A DNA stretch of 64,000 bases from Thermodesulfobacteriota bacterium (lineage in GTDB: Bacteria; Desulfobacterota; RBG-13-43-22): contig JBFMBU010000313.1 of assembly GCA_040755035.1 (NCBI GenBank), forward strand, positions 3,763-67,762. The letters are read 5' to 3'. A program made the position numbers and the translations under genes. Of the stretch, positions 29,562-39,408 are shown piece after piece (within the stretch, counting starts at the first letter, position 1; each line of letters starts with the position of its first letter). The notes below the pieces were generated by a model. It saw nothing but the letters and a program-made list of their open reading frames with translations, ran no database searches and had not been told where the DNA came from.

Positions 29562-31274
29562 ATGGGAAACGACTTCCCCCTTCCCGGCCCCGAAAAGGAC
29601 AGGACGGGTTCTTCTCTAAACTGGATATATCTCGAATCAGGTTTGTCGCGCAAGATCCGCTGGCTGATCCTCTGGCGACTGGTTTTTGTTTCCCTGCTTT
29701 TGATATTGACGGTGCTCCTCCAGGAAAAGGAGGGGTATTTCAGTTTCCCCTTTTCCTTTTTTTCTTTCAATGTTCTGATCGCCCTACAGTACTTTTTTTC
29801 TCTGGTGTATATCCTGGTTATGGTATGGGGGAAAGCTCTTCGGGCGATTGCCATGGTTCAATTGGTCATGGACGTGCTTTTCGTCACGGCCGTGGTTTAT
29901 GTATCGGGGGGGATTGAGTCCCTTTTTTCTTTTCTGTATTTTCTGATCATTTTGGCCGGAGGGGTCCTCTTTTTCCGCTGGGGAGGGTTGTTGACCGCCC
30001 TCTTTGTCCTGGTATCGTATGCCCTGCTCTTGCTTTTCCAGGGCGCAGGGGTCATCCCCTTCTATTTTGGATTACCGGACTTGCCGGCCCCGGTTTCCCG
30101 CCGGTATCTTTATTATCAAATCATCATGAACGGCCTTGGGTTCTTTTTTGTAGGATTTCTGGGCAGTGTCTTTACCGAGGAGACCAGACGACAACGCTCT
30201 CAAATTGAGACCCAGAAAAAAAACATCGAACAATTGGAACAACTAAACCGTATTGTCGTTGAAAATCTGGAAATGGGTTTGCTCACCCTGGACCATGAAA
30301 ATAAAATCCTGAGTATAAACCAGGCCGGAGAAAAAATACTGGGGAAGAAGGCCACGGAGTTGGTCCGCCAACCTTTGGAGACCCTCTTCCCGGAAGCATA
30401 CAGCCTGCCGGATGGGGGGGAAACCTCCGAAGGGCAACGGAGTGAGGTCTCTTACTCCACTCCCGAGGGGGCCCTGATGATTATCGGGTATACCCAATAT
30501 CGGCTCAAGGAGGGGCAAGCCCCGGGAATCGGGACCATCGTTTCTTTTAAGGATATTTCCAGGATCAAAACCATGGAGGACCATTTGAGGCAGGTGGATC
30601 GTCTGGCCTTGCTGGGTAGAATGGCCGCCGGGATTGCCCACGAGGTTCGCAATCCTCTGGCCTCGATCAGCGGATCCATCCAGGTCTTAAGGGATGATTA
30701 TCATGGGAATGAAACCGGTGAACGGCTTCTGAATATCGTTTCCCGGGAATTAGCCAAGCTGGACGGTTTGATGAATAACTTTTTGGCGTTTACCCGGGGG
30801 GTTCAATCCTCGGCCACCCGCATAAACGTTTCCGAACTGATTCTGGAAACCGTGGATCTGATGAAAAAAAACAGAGAATTCCCTTCTTCCATCCTCTGGA
30901 AGCTGGAAATCACTCCCGATCTTTTTTTAAAAATATCGGCCAGCGAATTGTCCCAGGTCCTTTTTAATCTCATAACCAATGCCTTGCAGGCCCTGGCCGC
31001 CGATGGAGAAATTCTCATCCGGGCCCGAGAGCTTAAGACCGGCCTGAAGGATGACACCATCGAAATTTTGATCCGGGACAATGGGGCCGGGATCAACGAG
31101 ACCGATCAAAAAAAAATATTTGAACCGTTTTATACAACCAAGAGCAGGGGGACCGGTTTGGGCTTGAGTATTGTTCAAAAAATCGTCTCCGACTATGATG
31201 GAAGGATCTTACTGGAAAGCCGGTTGGGGGCTGGGACGACCTTTACCATCCAATTTCCTGATCGAGGGCGGTAG
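29562..31274 (+). CDS. pilS: Sensor histidine kinase, PilS-like (polytopic membrane N-terminus, PAS, HisKA, HATPase_c)
   Basis: Six or more TM helices, H-box AHEVRNPLASI, and the N/G1/G2 boxes (NLITNALQA, DNGAGI, GTGLGL). The position after pilBC matches pilS. Confidence 0.7.
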   Translation: MGNDFPLPGPEKDRTGSSLNWIYLESGLSRKIRWLILWRLVFVSLLLILTVLLQEKEGYFSFPFSFFSFNVLIALQYFFSLVYILVMVWGKALRAIAMVQLVMDVLFVTAVVYVSGGIESLFSFLYFLIILAGGVLFFRWGGLLTALFVLVSYALLLLFQGAGVIPFYFGLPDLPAPVSRRYLYYQIIMNGLGFFFVGFLGSVFTEETRRQRSQIETQKKNIEQLEQLNRIVVENLEMGLLTLDHENKILSINQAGEKILGKKATELVRQPLETLFPEAYSLPDGGETSEGQRSEVSYSTPEGALMIIGYTQYRLKEGQAPGIGTIVSFKDISRIKTMEDHLRQVDRLALLGRMAAGIAHEVRNPLASISGSIQVLRDDYHGNETGERLLNIVSRELAKLDGLMNNFLAFTRGVQSSATRINVSELILETVDLMKKNREFPSSILWKLEITPDLFLKISASELSQVLFNLITNALQALAADGEILIRARELKTGLKDDTIEILIRDNGAGINETDQKKIFEPFYTTKSRGTGLGLSIVQKIVSDYDGRILLESRLGAGTTFTIQFPDRGR

Positions 31275-31315
31275 GACCTTCGGAAACAGGCTTAGAAAAG
31301 GGATGTAAGAATACT

Positions 31316-31954
31316 ATGATCAGTATTATTGATTATAAAGCGGGAAACCTGACCAGTGTGGAGCGGGCCTTAAAAAAGCTGGGCATTTCCTGCCGGATCA
31401 CCGGCGATCCTGAACGTATTATGGAATCGGATCGGGTTATTTTCCCAGGGGTCGGGGCTGCCGGAGAGGCCATGAAGATCCTGCGTCGTGAGGGTTTGGA
31501 TGAGGCCTTACGGAACTTTTTCCGGTCCGGCCGTCCTTTGCTGGGTATTTGCCTGGGGACTCAGGTCATCTTGGATTTCAGTGAAGAAAATCAAACCCCT
31601 TGTCTGGGAATCCTGCCCGGGGAGGTGAAGCGTTTCCCGTCCCCCCACAGGGATGCTGCCGGGAATCCTTTAAAAATCCCCCATATGGGATGGAACCAGG
31701 TTGAATGGGAAGGGGACCACCCCATGATCCGGGGCCTAAACCCCCGGAGCAGCTTTTATTTCGTTCATGCTTATTATCCTTTACCGCGGGACCTGAGACA
31801 GGTCCTGGGAAGGACCCACTACGGGTTTTTTTTTCCTTCAGCCCTGGCCTTTAGAAATTTAGTGGCCCTGCAATTTCATCCGGAGAAGAGCGGTCCTCCA
31901 GGCCTGGCTTTGCTGAGGGCTTTTTCCGAATGGGAGGGACAGGATGTTGACTAA
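31316..31954 (+). CDS. hisH: Imidazole glycerol phosphate synthase glutaminase subunit HisH (or HisH-like paralog)
   Basis: [12 protein letters not shown], the catalytic Cys in GICLGTQ, and an HGF...QFHPEKS C-terminal region. Confidence 0.8.
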   Translation: MISIIDYKAGNLTSVERALKKLGISCRITGDPERIMESDRVIFPGVGAAGEAMKILRREGLDEALRNFFRSGRPLLGICLGTQVILDFSEENQTPCLGILPGEVKRFPSPHRDAAGNPLKIPHMGWNQVEWEGDHPMIRGLNPRSSFYFVHAYYPLPRDLRQVLGRTHYGFFFPSALAFRNLVALQFHPEKSGPPGLALLRAFSEWEGQDVD

Positions 31955-32723
31955 ACGTATCATCCCCTGTCTGGATGTCCGGGATGGGAAAACCACCAAG
32001 GGGGTCAGGTTTCTGGAAAACAAAGACATCGGTGACCCGGTGGAAATGGCCCGTTTTTATTACCAAGAAGGGGCGGATGAATTGGTTTTTTACGACATCA
32101 CCGCTTCAGCTGAAAAAAGGGGGATCATGATCGAGGTGGTTCGTCGGGTAGCCGAAGAAATTTTTATTCCCTTCTCCGTAGGTGGCGGGATAGCCAGTTT
32201 GGAAGACATGCATCAGGTCCTTTGGGCCGGGGCGGAAAAGGTCAGTATCAACTCGGCGGCCATAAAAAATCCTTCCTTAATCAGTGAGGGTGCCCGGGCT
32301 TTTGGTTCACAATGTATTGTTTTGGGGATGGACGTAAAAAAAGTTTCCCTTCGCCCCGGAATTCCTTCCGGATACGAAATGGTTATCCACGGCGGCCGGA
32401 CCTATACCGGCTTTGATGCCTTGTGGTGGGCCAAAGAGGTCGAAAGACTGGGAGCAGGAGAAATCTGCCTCAACTCCATTGATGCCGATGGGACCCAAAA
32501 AGGTTATGAAATGGAGTTAACGACCTTGATTTCCGAAGCGGTTTCCATCCCGGTCATCGCCTCCGGCGGGGCCGGTCTCCCGGAACATTTGTTGGAAGTA
32601 TTAACAGCGGGAAAGGCCGATGCGGCCTTGATAGCCTCCATGACCCATTTTGGGACGTACACCATTAGGCAGCTCAAGGACTTTTTAAAAGACCGGGAGG
32701 TGGGGGTACGGTATTTGTGGTAA
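31944..32723 (+). CDS. hisF: Imidazole glycerol phosphate synthase cyclase subunit HisF (or HisF-like paralog). It follows hisH directly with no hisA.
   Basis: [28 protein letters not shown] and [12 protein letters not shown] are canonical HisF motifs. An 11-nt overlap with hisH suggests translational coupling. Confidence 0.8.
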   Translation: MLTKRIIPCLDVRDGKTTKGVRFLENKDIGDPVEMARFYYQEGADELVFYDITASAEKRGIMIEVVRRVAEEIFIPFSVGGGIASLEDMHQVLWAGAEKVSINSAAIKNPSLISEGARAFGSQCIVLGMDVKKVSLRPGIPSGYEMVIHGGRTYTGFDALWWAKEVERLGAGEICLNSIDADGTQKGYEMELTTLISEAVSIPVIASGGAGLPEHLLEVLTAGKADAALIASMTHFGTYTIRQLKDFLKDREVGVRYLW

Positions 32724-32749
32724 GGATACCTATTTAAAAGGGGAACTCT

Positions 32750-33544
32750 ATGTTTGAAGCGGGAGATTTTTTCGATTGTTCCCAAGGGGAGCATCAAGGA
32801 CTTTTTGCCGATACAGATCGGGTTTGGGAAGTATTGCCAAAAATAAAATCGTATTTACAGGCCAAGGTGGTTTCCAATTTGGAAGGGATCGTGGGGGAGA
32901 GCACCTTTTTGGCGCAAACGGTGGTTATTTCCGGAGGAATCCCTTTACGTTACGGATTTTCTCTTCAACCGGGTGACGCCACCAAAGGGGAATTCAAGGT
33001 TTTCTATGAAAATCATGAATTAGAGGACCCGGTGGTCTTATTCGCCGGTGTGACTCTGGTTGGAAGGGATATTTATATTGGACCCGGAACCGTGGTCGAA
33101 CCCGGGGCCTATATCAAAGGTCCGGCCTATATAGGAAAAATGACCGAAGTACGTCAGGGTGCCTATTTGCGCGGTAACTGTTTGGTCGGCGATCGCTGCG
33201 TAGTGGGCCATGTAACGGAAATGAAGAATTCGGTTATGTTTGACGGGGCCAAGGCCGGGCATTTCGCCTACATCGGCGACAGCCTTTTAGGCAGGGACTG
33301 TAATTTGGGTGCCGGGACCAAACTGGCTAATCTGAAAGTGGTGGGAGGAACTATTCATGTCAAAGGGGAAGATCGAGAATTCGATACCGGCTTGAGGAAA
33401 TTGGGCGTGATTATGGGAGATCGTACGGAAACCGGATGTAATGCCGTCACCAACCCCGGGACCTTGTTGGGTCCGAAATGTATTATTGGTCCCAACGTGG
33501 CCGTAAAAGCAGGGTATTATCCAGGACGGACAGTGATCCGCTGA
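32750..33544 (+). CDS. Left-handed beta-helix (hexapeptide repeat) protein, probable acyl/acetyltransferase
   Basis: Multiple [LIV]-G-x-x-x-x hexapeptide repeats across ~150 aa. Confidence 0.65.
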   Translation: MFEAGDFFDCSQGEHQGLFADTDRVWEVLPKIKSYLQAKVVSNLEGIVGESTFLAQTVVISGGIPLRYGFSLQPGDATKGEFKVFYENHELEDPVVLFAGVTLVGRDIYIGPGTVVEPGAYIKGPAYIGKMTEVRQGAYLRGNCLVGDRCVVGHVTEMKNSVMFDGAKAGHFAYIGDSLLGRDCNLGAGTKLANLKVVGGTIHVKGEDREFDTGLRKLGVIMGDRTETGCNAVTNPGTLLGPKCIIGPNVAVKAGYYPGRTVIR

Positions 33545-33550
33545 AAGGCC

Positions 33551-34333
33551 ATGAACCAGGGACCGTATATCACCTTCAGTCAGCGCTTCAAAGAATGTCC
33601 GGGGGTGACCCTTCTCCGGACCCGGCCAAATTTTTCCGACTATTCTGCGGAAGAAAAAAAAATGATCCGAGGGGCGGAAAAAGTCTATTATCCCACCTGG
33701 CTTTATGTCGATTTGTTCATCACTTTAGGGAAAAAGATATTTCCCAGTCGGGAAACCTATGTATATTCAGGCGATAAAATCAAACAAACCACCCTTTTTC
33801 AACTTTTACAAATTCCCCATCCCCGGACACGGATCTATTTCGGGGATCAGAAAAAGAACGTTCTTAATGAGTTCACCTTCCCCTTTATCGGGAAAATTCC
33901 CCGGGGTTCCTCCATGGGAAGGGGGGTGTTTTTAATTCGCCATGAGGAGGACCTGAGGCGTTATCTGCATAGATCCCCGGTAGCTTACATCCAGGAATAT
34001 GTCCCTTTGGAAAAAGACTTGCGGGTGATCCTGATTAAGCAGTGCGTTATCCTGGCTTACTGGAAAATCGCCTCCCCGGGGGAGTTTCGCCATAATCTGG
34101 CCCAGGGAGCGGCGATCAGTTTTGGTGATATCCCCCAGGAGGCCCTGGATTTCGCCGAGGCAACCACCCGGATGTGTAATTTTGATGACGTGGGGCTGGA
34201 TTTATGTCATAATTCTGAAAAAGGCTGGATGGTGCTGGAGGCCAATATGAACTATGGTCTTCAGGGATTGAAGGAAAAAGGACTGAATATACGGTCGGTC
34301 CTCAAAGATTTGATGATCCAGGGAAAAATCTGA
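33551..34333 (+). CDS. ATP-grasp domain protein (RimK-like ligase)
   Basis: The PFIGKIPRGSSMGRGVFLI and YIQEYVP...DLRVILI pattern of RimK/GshB-type ATP-grasp enzymes. Confidence 0.65.
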   Translation: MNQGPYITFSQRFKECPGVTLLRTRPNFSDYSAEEKKMIRGAEKVYYPTWLYVDLFITLGKKIFPSRETYVYSGDKIKQTTLFQLLQIPHPRTRIYFGDQKKNVLNEFTFPFIGKIPRGSSMGRGVFLIRHEEDLRRYLHRSPVAYIQEYVPLEKDLRVILIKQCVILAYWKIASPGEFRHNLAQGAAISFGDIPQEALDFAEATTRMCNFDDVGLDLCHNSEKGWMVLEANMNYGLQGLKEKGLNIRSVLKDLMIQGKI

Positions 34334-34361
34334 TAGGGGGATAATTAAGGAAAAACCATAG

Positions 34362-34778
34362 TTGATTATGATGGTTCTTGACTTACAATGCACCCATGCC
34401 CATTGTTTTGAAGGCTGGTTTTCCAATTCAGAGGCCTTTCTAAGACAGAAAGAGGCGGGCGAAATCCGCTGTCCGGTTTGTGACGATCATCATGTCACCC
34501 AAGCCTTATCTCCGGTGGCCATAAAACGAGCTTATCGGCCCCAGCCTGAGGAAGACAGGGATGAGGTTCCGGGAAAACTGATAAAGGATTTTTACCGCTA
34601 TATCGAAAAGAATTTTGAAGAGGTCGGGACTGAATTTGCCAAAGAGGCCTTAAAGATCCACTATGGAGTGGGTGAAAAAAGGAATATCCGAGGAACCTCC
34701 ACCGAAGAAGAAGAGAAGGTCTTGAAGGAGGAGGGCGTGGCCTTTCATAAAATCCCCTTTCCCAAAGGGGGGCAGTAA
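34362..34778 (+). CDS. DUF1178 family protein (zinc-ribbon-like CxxHxF...CPVC N-terminus)
   Basis: DLQCTHAHCFEGWF...CPVC matches the DUF1178 N-terminal signature. Confidence 0.6.
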   Translation: MIMMVLDLQCTHAHCFEGWFSNSEAFLRQKEAGEIRCPVCDDHHVTQALSPVAIKRAYRPQPEEDRDEVPGKLIKDFYRYIEKNFEEVGTEFAKEALKIHYGVGEKRNIRGTSTEEEEKVLKEEGVAFHKIPFPKGGQ

Positions 34779-34849
34779 TTTATTGGGAATATCTCCCCCG
34801 GGAACTTTCACCATCGGCGGCAGCGTCAGATCCTGTGCACTTTTAATAG

Positions 34850-35542
34850 TTGGGGAATTCTTTAATGGCTCAGTCCCTCAAAGATAAGGGATTAAAAGCC
34901 CTGATTCCTTTTGCCCATCCCTTATTTTCCCTCTGGTTCGGCAGCTGCCGTCCCCGTATGCTTCATCAAGAATATCATGAAGCGTTTTTTTTGAATCAGA
35001 ATCCATTTATCGCCGTAACCTGGCATCGGGCTTCGATTTTTTTCTGTTATTATTATGGGCCCTTTCATCCCATGGTCATGTTCAGTCAGAGCCCCGATGG
35101 GGAATATTTGGCCCGCTTTGCCCAACGCTGCGGTGTCGTTCCGGTGAGGGGATCTTCCACCCGCGGAGGTGAACGGGCTTTGATTCAAATGATCCGCTTT
35201 TTGCGCCAGGGAAACAGGATTTGCTCGACGGTGTTGGACGGACCTCAAGGCCCACCCTATAAGGCCAAGACCGGCCTTCTTTTTTTGGCTAAAAAAACCG
35301 GCTTACCGCTGTTGCCGATCATCTGGTCCTCCCCTAAAGCCATTACCCTGGAGAACACCTGGGACAGGACCATGATTCCCAAACCCTTCAGTCCGGTGGT
35401 AATTAATTATGGCCCACCCATGTTTGTCCCCTCGGATTGTCCCGATAGTGAGATGGAAAGAATAAGAAAGGGGATTGAGGACAGGCTGAATGGGTTGATG
35501 GTCGAAGCGGATCACTATTGCGGATATAAAACCCGCTGGTAA
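34850..35542 (+). CDS. DUF374 domain protein (lysophospholipid acyltransferase-like)
   Basis: The IAVTWHRASIF...MFSQSPDGEYLARFAQRCGVVPVRGSSTRGG pattern is typical of DUF374. Confidence 0.7.
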   Translation: MGNSLMAQSLKDKGLKALIPFAHPLFSLWFGSCRPRMLHQEYHEAFFLNQNPFIAVTWHRASIFFCYYYGPFHPMVMFSQSPDGEYLARFAQRCGVVPVRGSSTRGGERALIQMIRFLRQGNRICSTVLDGPQGPPYKAKTGLLFLAKKTGLPLLPIIWSSPKAITLENTWDRTMIPKPFSPVVINYGPPMFVPSDCPDSEMERIRKGIEDRLNGLMVEADHYCGYKTRW

Positions 35543-35565
35543 TAAAATAGGGCTCATCTCCAAAG

Positions 35566-35632
35566 GATGGTTTCGCAAAAAGTCCCATTTTGTCATTTCG
35601 AGGAGAGAATCGACGAAAAATCTTTAAGGTTT
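35566..35632. repeat. Dispersed intergenic repeat family B, copy 1 (GGTYTCGCAAAAAGNCC...ATTTTGTCATTTCGAGGAGAGAANCGACGANAAATCTTT)
   Basis: Nearly identical to 59930-60001. The 5' part recurs at 61176. Confidence 0.75.
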
Positions 35633-35652
35633 CCTGATCCGAAATCCGCATT

Positions 35653-35922
35653 TTAATGGTAGTATCCTTGGCGCAGGAAACCCAATTTTTTAATATAAAA
35701 AATCTTGGCCAATTCCCGAAGCAGATGATTGGTTGACTCCTCAATTTTTTCCAGATCCTGATCGGTAATGGCCTCAGGCTGGAAATGGGTGATCAGTTCC
35801 TTCAGGTTTTGAAGCTGGTGGGCGATTTCCAGGTTGACGGCCTTTCCCCCCATGAATTCATGGACTTCCAGTATGGTTTGGAGACAATTTTGAAGGCGAA
35901 GTTGCCGTTGCTGAGGCTTCAT
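35653..35922 (-). CDS. Small helical protein of unknown function, last gene of the pilT/pilU operon
   Basis: ORF with start chosen at MKPQQ, which avoids overlap with the upstream gene. The track ORF extends to 36018. Confidence 0.4.
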   Translation of the reverse strand: MKPQQRQLRLQNCLQTILEVHEFMGGKAVNLEIAHQLQNLKELITHFQPEAITDQDLEKIEESTNHLLRELAKIFYIKKLGFLRQGYYH

Positions 35923-35960
35923 GGCGATTTTCCGGTTTGGCTTACCAAATAAACAGTGTT

Positions 35961-36428
35961 CTAATATCCGATAATATCTTTTCGGGATTGGAAATAGGCC
36001 TGGTAGAGGTGCTTCCATTCCATCCAGGAGTTTGTAATCCGTTTGGCGATATCGGGCAGGTTTTGCGGCGGAAGGACCAGATTGACGCCCAGGGCAAAAG
36101 CGGCCAGACGATCTCCGACCTTAACCCCTTGTCCCACCCAGGCCACAAAGATTTCCCTTCGTTGATTGGTCGGCATGGTTTGTATATATTCCAGAACCGG
36201 GTTGGATCCCGAATCCTCGCTGCCGAACCCTTCAAACAATATGAGAAAATCCGGCTCCCCAAATTCCATGCTGGAAAAAAGCTCCTCCGGGGTATTGCAT
36301 TGCAGGGGAAATCCCTTTTTGGTACGAATAATTTCCGCCAGGGAGTCCGCTCCCGGTGGGGGAGCGGCGATAAGCACCGTTCGTTCAGCCAGGGGATTGT
36401 CTTCTAATCCGATCCAAAGTCGGTTCAT
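35961..36428 (-). CDS. Receiver-like (CheY-fold) protein lacking the canonical phospho-acceptor Asp
   Basis: A beta-alpha pattern (VLIAAPP...DFLILFEGFG...IFVAWVG...) resembles REC domains, but Glu/Phe replaces the conserved Asp. Confidence 0.4.
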   Translation of the reverse strand: MNRLWIGLEDNPLAERTVLIAAPPPGADSLAEIIRTKKGFPLQCNTPEELFSSMEFGEPDFLILFEGFGSEDSGSNPVLEYIQTMPTNQRREIFVAWVGQGVKVGDRLAAFALGVNLVLPPQNLPDIAKRITNSWMEWKHLYQAYFQSRKDIIGY

Positions 36429-36452
36429 ATCATCCTTCTTTTTTTCCTGAAG

Positions 36453-37613
36453 TTATCTCGTATATTCATGGTCCAGGGTCAAATTTTCAATATCCGTTGT
36501 TTTTTCACCCCTGCGGCTTTTAATGTGGTCCAGACCCCGCTGCACTATTGCGCGTTTGGAGGCGTAGAGTTGGGCGGTCTCTTCGCTGATGAGGCCCTGA
36601 CGGTAAACGGAGATAATGTCCTGGTCGAAAGTTTGGCATCCCAAGGGACGGCTGCTCTCCATGATTTCATAAAAAGTTTTTTCTTCCGTTTCGCCGTGTA
36701 ATATCAGGTCCTGGACCCGGAGATTGTTGACCATAATCTCAAAAACCGCTACTCGCCCCTGGTCGATTCGGGGTAAAAGTCTTTGACTGACTACCCAGCG
36801 TAAGGCCCCCGAAAGACGGATCCTGACCTGTTGTTCTTCTTCCTGATCAAAAAAACCCAGAATGCGGTTCAGGGTTTGTGTGGCGTCAGTGGTATGCAAG
36901 GTACTCAAGACCAGATGACCGGTTTCCGAGGCGGTCAAAGCGATCTCCATGGTCTCCCGGTCCCTGATTTCGCCGACGAGTATGACCTTGGGTGCTTGCC
37001 TTAAGGCGGCCCGCAATCCATGGGCGAACGTGTCAAAATCAATCCCCAGTTCCCTTTGGTTAAACGTCGCCCTTTTGTGGGGGTGAACGATTTCCACCGG
37101 ATCCTCCAAGGTAATGACGTGGACCGGATCCATTTCATTAATCTCGTCCAGGATGGCCGCCAGAGAAGTGGTTTTCCCGGACCCGGTGGCGCCGGTGAAA
37201 AATATGATCCCGTTTTTCTCCCGGGACATTTTCTTAAACACCTGGGGTAGATGCAGTTCATCAATGGTCGGAATTTCAACCGGCAGTTTTCTCATGACGA
37301 TACTGTATTGGTTCTTTTGAGAAAAAACACTGACCCGGAAACGCACTTTGTCCTGGATGGCATGGGAAAGGTCGCAAGACCCTTCCCGGAGCAGGGTTTC
37401 CATTTTTCGCCGGTCGGAACGGATCAGATTAAAGGCCATAACCTCGGTTTGAAAGGGTGTCAGCACTTTGGTGGGAAAATTCATCTGCACCGGGACGAGT
37501 TGCCCGTAAATCTCTACCTGAAAAGGACGACCGACGGTCAGATTGATGTCCGAAATTTGGGGGAAATTTTCAACGATTTTGGATAGGATGAAATCCAGTT
37601 CGGCTCGTCGCAT
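36453..37613 (-). CDS. pilU: PilT/PilU-family type IV pilus retraction ATPase (PilU-like paralog)
   Basis: Walker A GATGSGKTT, Asp box, His box (LSTLHTTDA) and ~386 aa. Confidence 0.75.
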   Translation of the reverse strand: MRRAELDFILSKIVENFPQISDINLTVGRPFQVEIYGQLVPVQMNFPTKVLTPFQTEVMAFNLIRSDRRKMETLLREGSCDLSHAIQDKVRFRVSVFSQKNQYSIVMRKLPVEIPTIDELHLPQVFKKMSREKNGIIFFTGATGSGKTTSLAAILDEINEMDPVHVITLEDPVEIVHPHKRATFNQRELGIDFDTFAHGLRAALRQAPKVILVGEIRDRETMEIALTASETGHLVLSTLHTTDATQTLNRILGFFDQEEEQQVRIRLSGALRWVVSQRLLPRIDQGRVAVFEIMVNNLRVQDLILHGETEEKTFYEIMESSRPLGCQTFDQDIISVYRQGLISEETAQLYASKRAIVQRGLDHIKSRRGEKTTDIENLTLDHEYTR

Positions 37614-37730
37614 AGATCAATCCATCTAAGTTAGTGTTAAAAGAACAGGGTGGATACCAAATTCGATTATAGTAGCTTTTAGAAAAAGGACCTGCATCAG
37701 AACCTCCTCCGGATCCGCTACACCTGCTTG

Positions 37731-38813
37731 CTATATCTCAGTGAAATCGGTGACCAGATCTCCGGCGAAGGGTTTGAATTTTTCTTTATCAATACATTTA
37801 TTGTAAGCCTCTGCCCCGGAAATCCATCCTTTTTTTACAAAGTCCATAATGGCGTCGTCCAGGGATTGCATTCCGTACTTTCTCCCGGTTTGAATGACCG
37901 AGGGGATCTGATAGGTTTTGCCTTCCCTGACTAAGTTGCGCACGGCGTGGGTGCCGATCAGGATTTCCAGGGCGGCGATCCGTCCTTTTCGGTCTATTCT
38001 TTTAAAAAGGGTTTGGGAGATCACCGCCCGTAAAGCATCGGCCAACGTGGACCGGATTTGGGACTGCTGATCGGCAGGGAAGACCTCGATGATACGGTCC
38101 ATGGTTTTGGAGGCACTGATCGTGTGCAGAGTGGCAAAGACCAGGTGGCCGGTTTCGGCAGCTTCAATGGCCAGGGAAACCGTTTCCAGATCCCTCATTT
38201 CTCCCACCAGAATAATGTCCGGGTCCTCACGCAAGGCCCCCCTCAAAGCCGAGGCAAACGACCGGGTATGCCGGCCGACTTCACGGTGGTTAATCGTGCA
38301 ATTGATGTTATGATGTACGAATTCTATCGGGTCTTCGACAGTCAGGATATGGTCTTTGCGCTCCCGATTGGCCTGATCGATAATCGCCGCCAGGGTGGTG
38401 GATTTACCGCTGCCGGTAGGACCGGTCACCAGGACCAGGCCTTTTGGCAACAAGGCCAGGCGCTTAATAACCATGGGGAGTCCCAACTCCTCCACCGTGG
38501 AGATCTTGCTCGGGATTTCTCTGAAGACCGCCCCGACTCCATGGAGCTGGCGGAAAAAATTGGCCCGGTATCTGGCTAAACCTGGAATCTCATAGGCGAA
38601 ATCCAAATCACCGGTTTCCTCAAAATGCTTGATCTTTTCCTCGGGGGTGACTTCATATAACAAGGCCTTGAGCTGATCATTTTCCAGAACGTCAAACTTC
38701 ACCCTTTCCAGCTCACCACGGATGCGGAGGATCGGTTGAGCCCCTGAGGAGAGATGGAGGTCAGAGGCCCCATGGTCGTGCATTAATTTAAAAAAAGCGT
38801 CGATCTGTGCCAT
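37731..38813 (-). CDS. pilT: Twitching motility ATPase PilT
   Basis: GPTGSGKSTT, and the AIRNLVREGK motif is present as AVRNLVREGK. The N-terminus MAQIDAFFKLMHDHGASDLHL is canonical PilT. Confidence 0.9.
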   Translation of the reverse strand: MAQIDAFFKLMHDHGASDLHLSSGAQPILRIRGELERVKFDVLENDQLKALLYEVTPEEKIKHFEETGDLDFAYEIPGLARYRANFFRQLHGVGAVFREIPSKISTVEELGLPMVIKRLALLPKGLVLVTGPTGSGKSTTLAAIIDQANRERKDHILTVEDPIEFVHHNINCTINHREVGRHTRSFASALRGALREDPDIILVGEMRDLETVSLAIEAAETGHLVFATLHTISASKTMDRIIEVFPADQQSQIRSTLADALRAVISQTLFKRIDRKGRIAALEILIGTHAVRNLVREGKTYQIPSVIQTGRKYGMQSLDDAIMDFVKKGWISGAEAYNKCIDKEKFKPFAGDLVTDFTEI

Positions 38814-38838
38814 ATCGCTCCCGTTTATAGCATTAAGG

Positions 38839-39177
38839 TTATCGTATCAAACTGTTTATTATCCAGCTTATCAGGCTTATCAGCAGTGCCCCGACAAAAG
38901 CCGGCCAGAACCCTTGGATTACGAATCCTTTTATCAAGGAGGACACCAGCCAGAGCATAAACCCATTAATAACCAAGGTGAACAGCCCTAAAGTAAGGAT
39001 AGTGACGGGAAGGGTCAGGATGATCAAAAAAGGGCGGATCAGGGCGTTTAAGATGCCGAGCAAGGCGGCGGCCAGAAATAAAGGGGCTGCTCCTCTGACC
39101 TCAATGCCCCGGACCAGATAGGAGGCGGTAAAAATGGCCAAGGCATTAATTACCCATCTGAGCAATATCTTGGACAT
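38839..39177 (-). CDS. Phage holin family 4 (YvlD/DUF360-like) small membrane protein
   Basis: Four TM helices and LIRPFLIILTLPVTILTLGLFTLVINGFMLWL, typical of that family. Confidence 0.65.
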   Translation of the reverse strand: MSKILLRWVINALAIFTASYLVRGIEVRGAAPLFLAAALLGILNALIRPFLIILTLPVTILTLGLFTLVINGFMLWLVSSLIKGFVIQGFWPAFVGALLISLISWIINSLIR

Positions 39178-39374
39178 GTTTTCTTATTTAGCACACTTGC
39201 CTGGAAGTGTAAATTTTATTTTTATTGACGGGATCGGTCCAAGTTGGTAAGAAATTATGGACTACGGTTTTCATCGGAAAAAGGCCTTTCCGGATGAGAA
39301 CGCCATTTAGTTATTGTTGGGTTCTACACCGCTTGGATCCGTAAAAAGGACTGGGACGGGGAAAGAAAGCACGA

Positions 39375-39408
39375 AAAACCCCTGGACGCCCATCCCGGGG
39401 TTTTTTTT
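39375..39408 (+). terminator. Strong intrinsic-terminator-like hairpin (CCCCTGG-N8-CCCGGGG plus T8) immediately upstream of the panB RBS
   Basis: GC stem, T8 tract downstream and A5 upstream. Confidence 0.55.

Noticed and set aside
30243-31178. Minus-strand ORFs inside the pilS-like kinase
   Set aside because: Antisense to a CDS with clear HisKA/HATPase motifs.
38058-38595. Plus-strand ORFs (66-173 aa) inside pilT
   Set aside because: Antisense to a canonical PilT with all ATPase motifs.
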